A DNA stretch of 64,000 nt from Clostridiales bacterium UBA1206 (GTDB lineage Bacteria; Bacillota; Clostridia; Oscillospirales; CAG-382): assembly GCA_002310055.1 (NCBI GenBank), contig DBXS01000010.1, positions 2,598-66,597 on the forward strand. Reading direction: 5' to 3'. The position numbers were made by a program, and so were the translations under genes. This document shows positions 63,236-64,000 of this stretch, piece by piece. The notes under the pieces are model-generated. The model had not been told where the DNA came from. It saw only the letters and a program-made list of their open reading frames with translations, and made no database searches. How positions within the stretch are numbered: the first letter of the stretch is position 1; the number at the start of each line of letters is the position of its first letter.

Positions 63236-64000
63236 ATGAAAAAAGTCTTTGAAAACGAAAAAAGGCCCGTTGTCCTTATAGTGATGGACGGCGTGGGCTA
63301 CACCGAATCCGCTGTCGGCAACGCGGTCAAAGCCGCCAACACTCCCGTGCTCGATATGCTTGCCGAAAAATATCCGCATCTGCTGCTCAAAGCGCACGGG
63401 ACCGCGGTGGGGCTCCCCTCCGACGCCGATATGGGCAACAGCGAAGTCGGCCACAACGCGCTCGGCGCGGGCCAGGTCTTCGCACAGGGCGCCAAGCTCG
63501 TTTCGGGCGCGATCGAAACCGGCAGGATCTTCGCTTCCGACACCTGGAAAGAGCTCGTGGAAAACTGCGTGAAAAACGGCACGACGCTGCATTTTCTGGG
63601 ACTTTTTTCGGACGGCAACGTCCATTCGCATATAGACCACCTCAAAGCGCTCATAATCAAAGCCAAGGAATGCGGAGTAAAGCGCGTCCGCGTCCATACC
63701 CTGCTCGACGGCCGCGACGTCGGCGAGACTTCTGCGCTCGAATACATACTCCCGTTCGAAGAATTCCTGCGTTCGCTCAACTGCTCGTCTTTCGACGCGC
63801 GCATCGCCTCCGGCGGCGGCAGGATGGTCATAACGATGGACCGCTACGAAGCGAACTGGAAGATGGTCGAACTGGGCTGGAACACCCACGTGCTGGGCGA
63901 GGGCAGACAGTTCGCCACGGCCGAGGAAGCCGTTAAGACATACCGCGCCGAGACCGGCAAGATCGACCAGGATCTGCCCCCGTTCGTCATAGCCGAAAAC
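63236..64000 (+). CDS. gpmI: 2,3-bisphosphoglycerate-independent phosphoglycerate mutase (3' end outside the window)
   Basis: Not in the ORF track (no stop codon within the window). AAGGAGAAAC SD sequence. VVLIVMDGVGY, DADMGNSEVGHNALGAG, HFLGLFSDGNVHSH and RIASGGGRM are canonical iPGM motifs. Confidence 0.92.
   Translation, partial: MKKVFENEKRPVVLIVMDGVGYTESAVGNAVKAANTPVLDMLAEKYPHLLLKAHGTAVGLPSDADMGNSEVGHNALGAGQVFAQGAKLVSGAIETGRIFASDTWKELVENCVKNGTTLHFLGLFSDGNVHSHIDHLKALIIKAKECGVKRVRVHTLLDGRDVGETSALEYILPFEEFLRSLNCSSFDARIASGGGRMVITMDRYEANWKMVELGWNTHVLGEGRQFATAEEAVKTYRAETGKIDQDLPPFVIAEN

Noticed and set aside
1-64000. A search for mobile elements, prophage, CRISPR-Cas, toxin-antitoxin pairs, tRNA/rRNA genes and selenocysteine recoding.
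   Set aside because: I saw no transposase, integrase or recombinase motifs, no terminal inverted repeats flanking a gene block, no short-repeat arrays, no cloverleaf-like sequence in intergenic DNA, and no well-supported ORF interrupted by an in-frame TGA. Absence was judged by eye only, and tRNAscan or Infernal would be decisive.

Overview
This is a 64-kb chromosomal window from a high-GC, endospore-forming Firmicute. The class Clostridia is inferred from spoIIAA-spoIIAB-sigF, an alpha/beta-type SASP, and Firmicute-style synteny of rpmG-secE-nusG-rplKAJL and yicC-remA-gmk-rpoZ-priA-def-fmt-rsmB-rlmN-stp-prkC-rsgA. I support about 70 protein-coding genes, including rpmG and a 3'-truncated gpmI that are missing from the ORF track. 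I also mark a set of sigma-A promoters (five are exact TTGACA-N17-TATAAT) and hairpin/T-run terminators. I recognised no rRNA, tRNA, CRISPR array, transposase, integrase or prophage. Many long ORFs in the track run antisense to well-supported genes, and I treat them as high-GC artefacts. The most interesting region is 1.5-14.2 kb. A tightly packed seven-gene minus-strand operon joins an RDD membrane protein and a CUT1-type ABC importer to two surface lipoproteins: a staphylococcal-nuclease homolog and a 744-aa multi-OB-fold protein with three tandem 93-aa repeats. This operon converges on a nrnA-nrnA-surE operon, with psuG next door. Together these look like an extracellular nucleic-acid capture, cleavage, import and finishing system. 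Other points worth a second look:
- a roughly 140-nt unit delimited by a promoter and a terminator, just upstream of that operon
- an orphan SLOG/DUF2493 gene with its own exact-consensus promoter and terminator
- an A-B-A duplicated terminator module after the SASP gene
- a DUF5685 / cysteine-tailed J-protein / membrane-protein triad
- a PrkC kinase with eight PASTA repeats
- a perfect 22-bp (CG)5 palindrome upstream of gpmI

All family calls rest on motifs read by eye and on remembered family signatures. No database search was possible.
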